Shown piece after piece: positions 18,258 to 28,151 of a stretch of 32,000 bases of DNA. The notes under the pieces are model-generated. The model did not search any database, was not told where the DNA came from, and saw only the letters and a list, made by a program, of their open reading frames with translations. The position numbers were made by a program, and so were the translations under genes. Origin of the DNA: Nitrosospira multiformis ATCC 25196 (GTDB lineage Bacteria; Pseudomonadota; Gammaproteobacteria; Burkholderiales; Nitrosomonadaceae); the NCBI RefSeq assembly GCF_000196355.1, contig NC_007614.1, forward strand, positions 1,710,001-1,742,000, in the 5' to 3' direction. Each line of letters begins with the position of its first letter. The stretch's first letter is position 1.

Positions 18258-19556
18258 ATGACAACGCCGTTGTACGTAAAATATTCCTCGATCCGCGACC
18301 GGACTTTGAGTCTGATCGAGCCGCTGATCGACGAGGACTGCTGTGTCCAGTCCATGCCCGGGACAAGCCCGGTAAAGTGGCACCTGGGGCATGCTTCCTG
18401 GTTTTTTGAGAAGTTTGTATTGCAGCACTATGAAAAGCCCTTCACCCCTTTTCACCCGGCTTTTCTCATGATGTTCAGCTCGTACAATAAATCAGGTCAG
18501 ACCCATCCTGATCCGAAACGCGGGCTGTTCACCCGCCCATCCTTGTCCTTGACGCGAGAATACCGCAATAACGTCAACGAACGTATGGAGCAGGTCCTGA
18601 AACGTTCGGAAGAAGACGAAATGCTGCGCATGCTCGCGGTGCTGGGAATGCATCATGAGCAGCAGCACCAGGAACTCATGCTGGCCGACGTCAAACATCT
18701 GCTTTCCCAAAGCCCTTTGAACCCTTCCTATAATAGCCAGCCGCTCCTTGATTCCCCTGTCCCCCCGCCCCTCGAATGGTGTCGTTTTGACGGGGGTCTC
18801 GTTGAAATAGGCTATAAGGGAGACGAGTTCAGCTACGACAATGAATCGCCCCGTCACAAGCAATACCTGCAACCCTATCAGCTCGCATCCCGGCTTGTCA
18901 CCAATCGCGAATACCTCGAATTCATGAAAGCCGGCGGATATGACAATCCCGGCGTGTGGCTTTCCGAAGGATGGGACTGGATGAAAGCCAACCGCCGGTC
19001 GCATCCTCTTTACTGGCGGGAAAGCGATCAGGGATGGGAGGAATTCACTCTCAGCGGTGCCATGCCACTGGACCTGAATCTGCCGGTCATTCATGTGTCC
19101 TTCTACGAAGCCGATGCCTTCGGACGATGGGCGGGCGCCAGACTCCCCACGGAAGCTGAATGGGAAAATGCTGCTTCTCAACAGGAAATAGAAGGTTGCT
19201 TCGCTGATAACAACCGTTTTCATCCCTCCTCCGCAGGCGGCTCTACGCCATCTGCAAATACCGGGGGTCTTGCTCAACTCTATGGTGATGCATGGGAATG
19301 GACGCAGTCGAGCTACTCCCCTTACCCGGGTTACAATCCTGCAAAACCCAACGAGAACGAACCGATGTCCTTTGTCTGGGATGAGGCGGTAGGCGAATAT
19401 AACAGCCGGTCTATGGTGAACCAGTATGTGTTGCGCGGCGGGTCATGCGCAATTCCAAAAGAGCGGATACGGGCAAGTTTTCGTAATTTCTTCCCCGCGG
19501 ATACATGCTGGCAGTTTTCCGGAATTCGTCTTGCAAGAGACTTGAGAGATTCTTAA
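18258..19556 (+). CDS. egtB: EgtB-type sulfoxide synthase (DinB_2 plus FGE-sulfatase fold; ergothioneine biosynthesis protein EgtB-like)
   Basis: N-terminal DinB-like domain with iron ligands (WHLGHASWFFE, GMHHEQQHQELM). C-terminal FGE-like domain (GDAWEWTQSSY, VLRGGSCA). GGAGG Shine-Dalgarno before the ATG. Confidence 0.85.
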   Translation: MTTPLYVKYSSIRDRTLSLIEPLIDEDCCVQSMPGTSPVKWHLGHASWFFEKFVLQHYEKPFTPFHPAFLMMFSSYNKSGQTHPDPKRGLFTRPSLSLTREYRNNVNERMEQVLKRSEEDEMLRMLAVLGMHHEQQHQELMLADVKHLLSQSPLNPSYNSQPLLDSPVPPPLEWCRFDGGLVEIGYKGDEFSYDNESPRHKQYLQPYQLASRLVTNREYLEFMKAGGYDNPGVWLSEGWDWMKANRRSHPLYWRESDQGWEEFTLSGAMPLDLNLPVIHVSFYEADAFGRWAGARLPTEAEWENAASQQEIEGCFADNNRFHPSSAGGSTPSANTGGLAQLYGDAWEWTQSSYSPYPGYNPAKPNENEPMSFVWDEAVGEYNSRSMVNQYVLRGGSCAIPKERIRASFRNFFPADTCWQFSGIRLARDLRDS

Positions 19557-19557
19557 A

Positions 19558-20085
19558 TCAGCGCCGTTTATGAAATTCGATTCCCGCATCGATCACGTCG
19601 CGCGCAGCAAGGCCGACTGCAAGCGCGGCAAAAATTGCGGTTAAAGATTTTCCTGAAACACGCTTTTCGAATCCGGGCGTAAACCGCTTTGGAATGAGGT
19701 GATAATCAATAACGTAAGCCGCAGCTGCTACTGCGGCTCCGCCACAGAGGGGTTTGACGAGAGACACCGGTTCAGGAGATGCAGTGAAAGGAAGTCTTCG
19801 CATGTACTGCCGGGTACCGTGGCTGCCAAAAAGTTTCTCGTAAAATGATGCCCAGAAAATGGTGGACGCGTGATTCAGGAGAAAACCCGTCAGGGTATAT
19901 TTTAGTGATGGGCGGTCATGGTGGGCGGCTTCCTCCCCCCAGATAATATGGCTCGTTGCGTTCAGGGGTGCCGCATAAGAACCATTTTCATGTTTTCCGG
20001 CGAACGAAGCGATACCTGCTGTTGCAAGACCGCTCACCGTTCCGGATATTACGGCCCGCTCCAGGATACCTCTATTATTTTTCAT
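19558..20085 (-). CDS. hypothetical membrane protein
   Basis: ORF with several hydrophobic segments. I prefer the ATG at 20085 (GAGGGA 5 nt upstream) to the track start at 20109. It lies 68 nt downstream of the PRC-barrel gene on the same strand. Confidence 0.5.
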   Translation of the reverse strand: MKNNRGILERAVISGTVSGLATAGIASFAGKHENGSYAAPLNATSHIIWGEEAAHHDRPSLKYTLTGFLLNHASTIFWASFYEKLFGSHGTRQYMRRLPFTASPEPVSLVKPLCGGAAVAAAAYVIDYHLIPKRFTPGFEKRVSGKSLTAIFAALAVGLAARDVIDAGIEFHKRR

Positions 20086-20153
20086 GTAGTCCCTCACTAA
20101 GTCTCTCACTATTTACTGCCGCAAGTGAAGCGCAAGCGCTGCCGGAATTTCCG

Positions 20154-20576
20154 TCAACCCCCCTTCTGATTATCATAGTATGCGTGAATCCGGGTGTTCC
20201 ACGATTCATCCGCCATATCCGGCCAGTTGCCCTTATCGAAGCCGGGCGCCGATTCGAGCCGTTCCTTCTCCACGTCGAGTATGAAACGCTTGTCCAGCGC
20301 TTCCAGCTTCAATGTAAGTGCGTTCCACGGGACAGCGAAGAGTTTGTCGCCGACCCCGAGGAATCCTCCAAAAGATAATACTGCGTAGGCCACTCGCCCC
20401 TCTTCCACGTCCAGCATGACTTCCTTGATGTCACCCAGTTTCTCGCCTTTGTTATTGTAGACATCCTCTCCTATCGGCCAGGTGGCCCCCATGAACCTCG
20501 GCATAGGGTTGGTGCCATCGACAATTTTATCCAATCCATGGATGTTATATTCATAGCGTTCATAGCTCATGCTCAT
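20154..20576 (-). CDS. PRC-barrel domain protein
   Basis: GEKLGDIKEVMLDVEEGRVAYAVLSFGGFLGVGDKLFAVPWNAL is the classical PRC-barrel core. GGAGAA Shine-Dalgarno 5 nt before the ATG. Confidence 0.8.
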   Translation of the reverse strand: MSMSYERYEYNIHGLDKIVDGTNPMPRFMGATWPIGEDVYNNKGEKLGDIKEVMLDVEEGRVAYAVLSFGGFLGVGDKLFAVPWNALTLKLEALDKRFILDVEKERLESAPGFDKGNWPDMADESWNTRIHAYYDNQKGG

Positions 20577-20807
20577 GCTGTTCTCCTAGATTGATCTCTC
20601 TCGCCTCTTTCCCAACTTAATCAATTTAGAAGTTATCTTAAAAACAACAGGTATTCCTCTCTGTTCGCTAACGCACTCATGCTGAACTATCCCTTGCTTG
20701 CCATGCTCCTTCCTTGGAAGAGCCCTCTGTTCTCTTTATTCCATGCAGTCGTTCTGAAATGGAAGCAATCGAATGTTTACGGGGTTTGAATGCGGGGCTT
20801 GGATGGC

Positions 20808-23318
20808 TCATGGGTCGCTCCTCGCCCGGATTTCGTTATTCTCCATCACCACCTGCCGCTCCTGAGGATTGACGAAGCGGATGTCCGATTCACGGAAACG
20901 CTCCAGAATCCGTAAGTTGAAGCCGCGCTGTACCGGCCATCGGCCTTTATCCAGAGTCCGTATCTGTCCAAGAATGGTAATCATGAACCCATCCATCTGG
21001 TCGACGCCCCAGATATCGGCTTCCGACAGGATGAGATCCTTGAAATGTGGATCAGCTCGCATATCATCCACCACACTCCTGATAGCAGCAAATACCTTTC
21101 CGACATCCGAATCAGCGGCCACGCTAACCCTGATCGAAGCATTCCCGATACCGCGATTGGTGTTGGTGACGGTTGAAACCGAGCTGAACGGAACCACATG
21201 CAATGACCCGTCCGGGGCGCGCAACCGGACGGTGCGAATCGACAAATGCTCGACCGATCCTGAAAGATCAGCCACTGTGATGAAGTCGCCCACCTGGATT
21301 GCATTTTCCATGAGCAGGAAAATTCCGGTGATGAAATCCTGCACCAGCTTCTGTGAACCAAAACCCAATGCGACTCCGATGATACTGGCACCGGCCAACA
21401 GGGGCGCAATGGTAATGCCAAGCTCGTCCAGTGCTGCAAGCAGCACTATCATGATAAAGACAGCGGACATGGTCGTGCGCAGCATAGGCAGGAGGGTACG
21501 CAGGCGGGCAGCGCGGGCAATATCGCCAGCCTTCCCCCAGCGATCGATGCGGCGGCAGATCGCACTATTCAATGATTCCCATGCCGCCAGTGCCAAAGCA
21601 CAGGTAACCGTGATTGTAACGACAGCGGAAGCCACTCGCCGGCCAACTGATCCACTTTCAAACCAGGACAAGGTATCCACTCCCCAAACGCGAAGCAATA
21701 CGAGTCCGGTAACAACAGCGATCAACAATGAGACCGCACGATGTATCAGCAGGTGATAGGGGCTTTTTGTTCCAGCTTCGGCTGATCCTTCGAACAACTG
21801 CTGTCCTTGCTGCGCAGGCGTGTTTTTCCGGTCGGCAATGAAGGCGCGGTCGAGCGCGCCAAGAACAAAAATCGACGCAAGGCTCGCGCTGATAATAACC
21901 ACGGCTGATAGCGCAAAGATATGGAGCACCTGTTGAAACCCGTTTTCCGTTCCCATCGACCACAACAGCCAGGCGCCAACGATAAAAAACGTTGCCACGA
22001 AAAGCCAGCTATCAGCCAGCAGTCTCCGCAATCCCGCCAGGGCTTGACTGTTTTCGGCTGAACCCCGGATCGCGACTGCCACTTCCTTGCGGCTGCGAAA
22101 AATCATTATCAGCAGCATGATATGGACAACGAGAGCCACCAGTTTGGAAAGCGCATTATGAGTGTCGGGGGTCGCTCCGGTTTCGAGAGCGATATCGGCA
22201 ATGGCAGTACCAAAAACAGCGACGATAACAATGCGCCGCAGCCAGAGATTCAGGAAATTGGCTGCCTTGTCACTGATATGCATCAGGCGCAAGCGCTGGC
22301 CGATCGGCGATGCCATGAGGTGACCGATACTCAGCGCGATTCGCGTAGTGGCATACGCGCTGATGAGCGGGAGCGTGGTTGTGTAGAATATTGACGATCT
22401 TCCGCCGAAAGCAGTCAAGAGCAGAGTGGCTCCTGCCACAAACCCCCCCACTGGAACCAATTCGAGCAACCAGTAACCCAGAGCAAATGGAAAGCGACGC
22501 AACAGGCTCCAATGCCTGTCGACAGCCGTTGCCCTGCCCGTACCAGGGCCAGAGCCAGAGCCAGAGCCAGGGGCAGCATGCATGCTCGTTACGGGTTGAA
22601 GATGAGGGGCAGCCTGGTTCACCTCCTTCTCCGACCCTACTTTTTCTTTCGCCCTTTCCTCGTCGTCCTTTTGGCGCTCAGTCGCGTTTTGGCGAACTGC
22701 CGCACGGTCCTCAATCATTCGCCGCGGGTGCCGCAAGGCTCGTCTCAGTACCCATTCGGTAAACAGCCCCCCGCCAAGTATGAGAGCAACCTCCAATAAT
22801 GCCTCCAGGACAATGGCACGGCGTTCCGGTACACCCAGATTGTTCTGCCACCAATCGCCCACCGTTCTTATTTGGAGAAGCGTTTGAACGGCTGCCCGTA
22901 ACTGATTCACGACGATGTGCAGCCGCTCGCCGATGAGATCGAATACCTGAGCGACCAAGCCGCCCTTGGCGATTTCGATAGGAACACCTCCTGCCGGTGG
23001 AGCGCCGGATGACGAGACTCCATTGGTTTGTACGGCAGCTGGAGATTGGTCAGAATCAGAAGTTGCAGCGGGCGCGGAAACTTCGTCTGGCGTGTTTGCC
23101 GGTGGCGCTTCCGCCGTCGCTTGTGCGATTGCCCTTAACGTCTGTTCGAGCTCCGCACGCTTTGCATCGTCCTGAAGAATCGATAAGGTCCGCCTGGCTT
23201 GAGCGGGAGTAAGTGGGGATTGGATTGCTTGTTCTTCCGCCTCAGCCTGACTTAATGAAATAAATGGCAACAGGAAGCTGATTACTGCCACCAAGGCAGG
23301 GATTTTGTTCAGTGACAT
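20808..23318 (-). CDS. large mechanosensitive channel, MscS family (MscK/MscM-like)
   Basis: C-terminal MscS core (GASIIGVALGFGSQKLVQDFITGIFLLMENAIQVGDFITV...VHVVPFSSV). It is preceded by many TM helices, a signal peptide (MSLNKIPALVAVISFLLPFISLSQAEA) and a periplasmic domain. I prefer the ATG at 23318. Confidence 0.88.
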   Translation of the reverse strand: MSLNKIPALVAVISFLLPFISLSQAEAEEQAIQSPLTPAQARRTLSILQDDAKRAELEQTLRAIAQATAEAPPANTPDEVSAPAATSDSDQSPAAVQTNGVSSSGAPPAGGVPIEIAKGGLVAQVFDLIGERLHIVVNQLRAAVQTLLQIRTVGDWWQNNLGVPERRAIVLEALLEVALILGGGLFTEWVLRRALRHPRRMIEDRAAVRQNATERQKDDEERAKEKVGSEKEVNQAAPHLQPVTSMHAAPGSGSGSGPGTGRATAVDRHWSLLRRFPFALGYWLLELVPVGGFVAGATLLLTAFGGRSSIFYTTTLPLISAYATTRIALSIGHLMASPIGQRLRLMHISDKAANFLNLWLRRIVIVAVFGTAIADIALETGATPDTHNALSKLVALVVHIMLLIMIFRSRKEVAVAIRGSAENSQALAGLRRLLADSWLFVATFFIVGAWLLWSMGTENGFQQVLHIFALSAVVIISASLASIFVLGALDRAFIADRKNTPAQQGQQLFEGSAEAGTKSPYHLLIHRAVSLLIAVVTGLVLLRVWGVDTLSWFESGSVGRRVASAVVTITVTCALALAAWESLNSAICRRIDRWGKAGDIARAARLRTLLPMLRTTMSAVFIMIVLLAALDELGITIAPLLAGASIIGVALGFGSQKLVQDFITGIFLLMENAIQVGDFITVADLSGSVEHLSIRTVRLRAPDGSLHVVPFSSVSTVTNTNRGIGNASIRVSVAADSDVGKVFAAIRSVVDDMRADPHFKDLILSEADIWGVDQMDGFMITILGQIRTLDKGRWPVQRGFNLRILERFRESDIRFVNPQERQVVMENNEIRARSDP
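22548..22570. repeat. hexanucleotide microsatellite (GCCAGA, about 3.8 copies) inside the channel gene
   Basis: gccagagccagagccagagccag read directly from the sequence. It encodes the GSGSGSG linker on the minus strand. Confidence 0.9.
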
Positions 23319-23474
23319 AGTAGAAAGACATTGTTTGCGATGGCCGATCAAGTCTGGCCGGCATCGCTCGTCTATGGTTACAGTTGAAGTAAGTAGGCAG
23401 GAACAACAATTCGATTGATTGGTTCCGGCGACGACATTCTATAAAGCTGCAAGAGTCGCCGTAATAATCCAAGG

Positions 23475-23497
23475 ATTTCGGCCTTCCGAGCCGAAAT
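23475..23497 (-). terminator. candidate terminator hairpin downstream of katE
   Basis: Perfect 8-bp stem ATTTCGGC/GCCGAAAT with a 7-nt loop, 18 nt beyond the katE stop. There is no clean U-tract on the minus-strand transcript, so support is moderate at best. Confidence 0.35.
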
Positions 23498-23514
23498 AAA
23501 ATGAATAAGCGACT

Positions 23515-25914
23515 TTATACAGGTGGGGGATCCGTTTCCCTTTCAAAATGCCGGTGCGCTGCTATAGCTTCGATGAAGCGGTCTAAGGCGTTTCCGATAT
23601 CTTCATCTTCGAAGTGAAGAAGTCCGCTATCCTGTCCGCCTGCTCGCAATGTCCATCTTATACCGGAAGCCTCGATCAGTTTCCTGCCATAGCCCAGCAC
23701 CAGTATGGGTTTGCAATGGCGATATTGCTCCTTGACGAATTCCAGCGCCTGCCCCAAACGCGCAAGCGCTTCCACGCCCTCGCTTCCCCCGGGCACTACC
23801 AAAGCGTCGAAGAGGACTGACGGCATGGCCTCCAGCGTTACATCCACCTGGATTTTTCCCTCTGTGGTCTGGACTGAACCCAGACGTGCCCCAACGAAGC
23901 GGGGAACCGCTTGTTCTCCCAGCAACCCGGCATGCAGTGTCGTAATCCTTCCATCTATGCCATCCGCAACGAGAATCGCTATTCTTCTCATACGGATGCC
24001 ACCATCGCCGGGACGAGCAAAAAGTGACAGAGCGGGAGATGAAGAAACCTCCGGCGTAACATCTTTCTTCAGGGCTTTGGGGAGGGGTGGCGGCAAAGTA
24101 TCCATACCCAATCCGCGAGCCACAGACTCAGCCAGATCGCTTGCAACATTTTCGAGCATTGCCACCATTCGCTGCCTTATGGCGGGAGATTGGACGCGAG
24201 TGAGCTCAAAACGAAAGGCGCGAATGATATGAACCTTTTCCACAGCGCTTTGGCTGTTCCAGAACAGGGTCGCCTGCGTGTAGTGGTCCGCAAACCGCTC
24301 GGGTTTACCGCGTACCTTATCTCCCTTCATCGGTTCGGGAAATGACCTGAAGCCGGCGGCACCAGCCTGAAATGGACAGCCTCCCGCAAGGGAATTCGGC
24401 TCATATGAAACCCGGCCTCTATTGATGGTCTGGCGATGCATCCCGTCCCGCTGGTTATTGTGAACTTGCGCGACCGGCGAATTGATCGGAATCTCGTGGA
24501 AGTTTGGCCCACCGAGACGCGTCAACTGGGTGTCGACATAGGAATGAATGCGGCCGGCAAGGAGGGGGTCATTACTGAAATCCAACCCGGGAACGATATG
24601 CGCAGCACAAAAAGCCACTTGTTCCGTTTCAGCAAAAAAATTATCTGGATTTCGATTGAGGATCATGCGCCCGACCGCCTTGACCGGGACCAACTCCTCC
24701 GGAACAATCTTCGTCGCATCGAGCACATCAAAGCTGAACTGTTCCGCTTGTTCCTCGGTAAAAATCTGCATGCCCAACTCGTATTCAGGGTATGCGCCAC
24801 ACTCTATTGCTTCCCATAAGTCGCGTCGGTGAAAATCAGGATCGGCGCCCGATATTTTGACCGCCTCATCCCAATCGAGCGAATAGGTCCCCGCAAGCGG
24901 CTGCCAGTGAAACTTGACGAATCGCGACTCACCCGCCGCTGTTACCAGGCGAAATGTATTGACGCCAAAACCCTGCATCGTTCGGAAACTACGTGGGATA
25001 GCCCGATCGGACATTAACCACATCAGCATGTGGGTGGATTCGGGCATGAGCGAGACAAAATCCCAGAATGTGTCATGCGCGGTGGAAGCCTGCGGAACCG
25101 CAAAATGCGGTTCAGGTTTGGCTGCGTGGACCAGATCGGGAAATTTGATGGCATCCTGTATAAAAAATACTGGAATGTTATTTCCTACCAGATCCCAGTT
25201 GCCTTCGTCCGTATAAAACTTGGTTGCGAAGCCTCGGGCATCGCGCACAGTGTCTGCAGACCCCCGTTCCCCGATCACCGTGGAGAAACGGACGAAAACA
25301 GGAGTGCGTTTCCCCGCCTCGGCAAACAGGGAAGCGCACGTATACTGGGCAAGTGATTCGTAACATTCGAAATATCCATGGGCAGCAGATCCACGGGCGT
25401 GAACCACACGCTCGGGTATGCGTTCATGGTCGAAATGAGTGATCTTTTCACGCAGAATAAAATCTTCCAGCAGCGCCGGTCCGCGATAGCCCGCCTTTAA
25501 GGAATTCTGATTATCACCGACAGGAACACCCTGATTGGTGGTAAGAGTCTGATTACTCGAATCCGCTCTTACACGGTCCAACGGTTCGTTGCCAGCATTG
25601 AAACGTAGCCGAGGTTCACCCGACCCGACTTTCGGTGACGCAACTGTCTCAGTTAGCGTACTCCCAGTAACAAAGGGATCGGAAGGAGCTACCGTTTGGC
25701 CTTCCTCGGGAAAAGTGGAAGCCTCTCCATGTTCTCCTGCCTTGTTGGCGTTATAAGGTATTGCCGCTGCGAGCTCGTCAGTAGCGGAGAGCTTTCTGGT
25801 GAAATCGTTCGCCGGTGAGCCGGTCGGGTTAGCGGGTCCCCCAACAGTAGATTTATTGTCCTTTTCGTTAGCCGTTCCCATCACGAATCCCCCTGCATTG
25901 GACTGATGATCCAT
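23515..25914 (-). CDS. katE: large-subunit monofunctional catalase (HPII clade)
   Basis: Catalase core [10 protein letters not shown]...[47 protein letters not shown], plus a C-terminal DJ-1/PfpI-like domain and a long N-terminal extension. The 799-aa length fits HPII-type enzymes. Confidence 0.95.
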   Translation of the reverse strand: MDHQSNAGGFVMGTANEKDNKSTVGGPANPTGSPANDFTRKLSATDELAAAIPYNANKAGEHGEASTFPEEGQTVAPSDPFVTGSTLTETVASPKVGSGEPRLRFNAGNEPLDRVRADSSNQTLTTNQGVPVGDNQNSLKAGYRGPALLEDFILREKITHFDHERIPERVVHARGSAAHGYFECYESLAQYTCASLFAEAGKRTPVFVRFSTVIGERGSADTVRDARGFATKFYTDEGNWDLVGNNIPVFFIQDAIKFPDLVHAAKPEPHFAVPQASTAHDTFWDFVSLMPESTHMLMWLMSDRAIPRSFRTMQGFGVNTFRLVTAAGESRFVKFHWQPLAGTYSLDWDEAVKISGADPDFHRRDLWEAIECGAYPEYELGMQIFTEEQAEQFSFDVLDATKIVPEELVPVKAVGRMILNRNPDNFFAETEQVAFCAAHIVPGLDFSNDPLLAGRIHSYVDTQLTRLGGPNFHEIPINSPVAQVHNNQRDGMHRQTINRGRVSYEPNSLAGGCPFQAGAAGFRSFPEPMKGDKVRGKPERFADHYTQATLFWNSQSAVEKVHIIRAFRFELTRVQSPAIRQRMVAMLENVASDLAESVARGLGMDTLPPPLPKALKKDVTPEVSSSPALSLFARPGDGGIRMRRIAILVADGIDGRITTLHAGLLGEQAVPRFVGARLGSVQTTEGKIQVDVTLEAMPSVLFDALVVPGGSEGVEALARLGQALEFVKEQYRHCKPILVLGYGRKLIEASGIRWTLRAGGQDSGLLHFEDEDIGNALDRFIEAIAAHRHFERETDPPPV

Positions 25915-26154
25915 GGTGAGGCCTCACGAGGCTTTTTTCGGTACGCCATCATACATAAGCTAATTTTTTTTCCACTGCAGAATGTCGCAGCAAGGGTCAA
26001 GCCCCTTCATTTGCATCTGCTATGTGTTGTCACGAACTGAATCGAAAAGAATCCAGCGATACTATTTTGAAAGTATTTGAAATGGCGTTCTTTTTCTCCA
26101 CCCCATAAATTAGTGGTCTGAGTTTCCGCTAAAACGTGCCATGGAGTCAGCAAT

Positions 26155-27135
26155 GTGAAATCAACTGGAGTAGTCGACTGCTTGATCATCGGGGCTGGCC
26201 CGGGTGGACTTACCGCAGCAATTTATCTCGCTCGCTTTCGGCGCCATATTACAATTGTTGACAGTGGATTCAGCCGCGCAGCGCTCATCCCTACCACCCA
26301 TAACTGCCCCGGCTTTCCCATGGGTATCTCGGGAAATGAATTTCTGGATCGGCTGCGCTTACAGGCAGCGCAGTACGGCGTTGAAGTACAGGCCGGTGAG
26401 GTCCTGCGACTCAGGCAGGTTGAAAATTTTTTTGAGGCCCACGTCAGCAATAGTGCCGGCAGTGGAACTAGCCGCCATAGGGGTGGGGATGGGGGCGGGG
26501 CTGGCGGAATGTCAATTCGGGCCGTTACGATATTGCTGGCAACGGGAACTGCTGACTCGAGACTGGATACCAGCGACTGGAAGACATGTATAAGGAAAGG
26601 ACTTATCCGGTTATGCCCCATCTGCGATGCCTATGAAGCCACGGATCAGAACATCGCCCTGCTATCCTCATCTCCTCGAGAGGGTGTAAAGCATGCACTG
26701 TTTCTGCGAACATACAGCCGGAACGTGACATTGATCTATCAGGCCAAGGCTGAACTGACGAGTGCCGAAAAAAGAAGGCTTCGTAAGGTCAATGTCGAGG
26801 TGATTGAGGACGCGCTTGGCAGCCTCCATATAACGGGAGAATCGAAACCTTCGATACGCCTTTCAAATGGAGAAGAACTTCCGTTCGATGTAATCTACCC
26901 GATGCTGGGCGAGAGCCCCAGATCCCAGCTGGCGGTTCAGCTTGGCGCGCGCTGTAATAGAGAGGGGAAATTGATTGTCGATCGGCACCAGCGTACCACT
27001 GTGGCGGGTGTATATGCGGTGGGAGATGTGGTTGATGGACTCAATCAGATCAGTGTTGCAGCGGCACATGCCGCCGTTGCATCTACCGACATTCAGAACC
27101 GCTTGAACAGGCTGGGCTATAGACTTTGCCCGTAG
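26155..27135 (+). CDS. thioredoxin-reductase-like NAD(P)/FAD-dependent oxidoreductase
   Basis: [24 protein letters not shown] fold, CPICD CxxC motif at the TrxR position, and C-terminal [11 protein letters not shown] start with GGAG 8 nt upstream. Contains an unusual Gly-rich segment (see findings). Confidence 0.85.
   Translation: MKSTGVVDCLIIGAGPGGLTAAIYLARFRRHITIVDSGFSRAALIPTTHNCPGFPMGISGNEFLDRLRLQAAQYGVEVQAGEVLRLRQVENFFEAHVSNSAGSGTSRHRGGDGGGAGGMSIRAVTILLATGTADSRLDTSDWKTCIRKGLIRLCPICDAYEATDQNIALLSSSPREGVKHALFLRTYSRNVTLIYQAKAELTSAEKRRLRKVNVEVIEDALGSLHITGESKPSIRLSNGEELPFDVIYPMLGESPRSQLAVQLGARCNREGKLIVDRHQRTTVAGVYAVGDVVDGLNQISVAAAHAAVASTDIQNRLNRLGYRLCP
26480..26500 (+). other. canonical G-quadruplex-forming motif on the coding strand
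   Basis: GGGG-T-GGGG-AT-GGGGG-C-GGGG read directly from the sequence. It has four G-runs of at least 4 nt with 1-2 nt loops. Confidence 0.8.
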
Positions 27136-27213
27136 CTTCTGCCTTTCATGGGTTAAGGAGTGTATTTTCCAGGATCCCTCGTAATAAGTCTTTCACGGCA
27201 TCTGAACCTACCA

Positions 27214-27699
27214 TTATCTGTCTTTCTCGTTCCCCGAAGCAGGCCATAGCAACATTATTTTGTTGCTACCTCCCTTCCCTATGCTCACATCACGATGAAG
27301 CGTCTTCGATTCATACGAAGCATCGATCGAATATTTTCCCGGCGCGAGCTTGGCGAGCAGAAAAGGGCCTTCGGTGATCGTGTCCAGAAGTATCTTGCCG
27401 GATTCATCCTTGATAGTGACGCGAACGTCACTGATATAGGCGGCATGAGTCGGAGCATTCTGGGCAAGTTGAAGCACCAGGGGCCAGGTGCGTGCTTCCT
27501 TCAATATTGCCTCCACCTCATCCGCCCCGATACCTCCCGTTAAAAACTCAGTCTGGCCTTGTGATTGCACCGCTGGAAGCGGGGCAATGGTAGAGGAGGG
27601 ATCTGATCCTGATTGAGCAAAACCAGGGCGGGAGCCAATCCCCGCCAAGACGAATGCAAATGCGATTGCACCTGTAAGAACGCGTTCAACAGTTTTCAT
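27214..27699 (-). CDS. secreted hypothetical protein, possibly a carboxypeptidase-regulatory-like beta-sandwich
   Basis: Signal peptide MKTVERVLTGAIAFAFVLAGIGSRPGFAQ and GAGG Shine-Dalgarno. The C-terminal VTIKDESGKILLDT...LAPGKYSIDASYESKT pattern resembles CarboxypepD_reg-like folds. Fold assigned by eye only. Confidence 0.55.
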   Translation of the reverse strand: MKTVERVLTGAIAFAFVLAGIGSRPGFAQSGSDPSSTIAPLPAVQSQGQTEFLTGGIGADEVEAILKEARTWPLVLQLAQNAPTHAAYISDVRVTIKDESGKILLDTITEGPFLLAKLAPGKYSIDASYESKTLHRDVSIGKGGSNKIMLLWPASGNEKDR

Positions 27700-27803
27700 T
27701 GGTCTGCCTCACTTGCCTCAGCCTATCTGATGCGAATACTGAAATGAATAGCTTTTATCTTTTCGGCTCATCCGCTGTTGCATGAGCACAAAATGCTAGC
27801 GTA

Positions 27804-28151
27804 TCAATGTTTCTTTACGTTTTTGTCGTGGGAGACCCCGGGAATATCATCTGCAGCCGGGATATCAGAATCAACAATATCCGATGGTATTCCACGCCGG
27901 TCTGTATCTTTCAGACCCTGCTTCGTATCTTCATGCGCCTGTTCGATTACCTCGCGTGAATGTGCATTCCCCTGGTGGCTCGTACCCGCCGGCCTGGTTG
28001 TCTCGTCGCGCTCATGCGGGAGCAACGTCTGAGGCTCTTCCTTATCCTTGGCACGCGGTTTCGACTTGGGCAGATTCACCCGTTCCGTCAGCACCCCGGT
28101 TTCCTCGCGTTCCATTCGCTTGGAAGGCGGCTTCTTTTCTGTAGTCATCAT
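27804..28151 (-). CDS. hypothetical highly charged, probably disordered protein
   Basis: 115-aa ORF rich in K/E/R/D/T/P with no hydrophobic core. It starts with tandem ATGs after GGGTGA. I recognise no family. Confidence 0.45.
   Translation of the reverse strand: MMTTEKKPPSKRMEREETGVLTERVNLPKSKPRAKDKEEPQTLLPHERDETTRPAGTSHQGNAHSREVIEQAHEDTKQGLKDTDRRGIPSDIVDSDIPAADDIPGVSHDKNVKKH

Noticed and set aside
25919-25938. GAGGCCTCACGAGGC followed by TTTTTT, which looks like a plus-strand intrinsic terminator.
   Set aside because: No plus-strand gene ends upstream of it. It is the reverse complement of the katE ribosome-binding region (GTGAGGCCTCACC-ATG), and the implied loop is only 2 nt.
20577-26154. 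Shared ECF/EcfG-type promoter (GGAAC-N16-17-CGTT) upstream of the PRC-barrel gene, katE and neighbouring genes.
   Set aside because: I scanned the upstream regions on the appropriate strands by eye and found no properly spaced match. Co-regulation therefore remains unproven.
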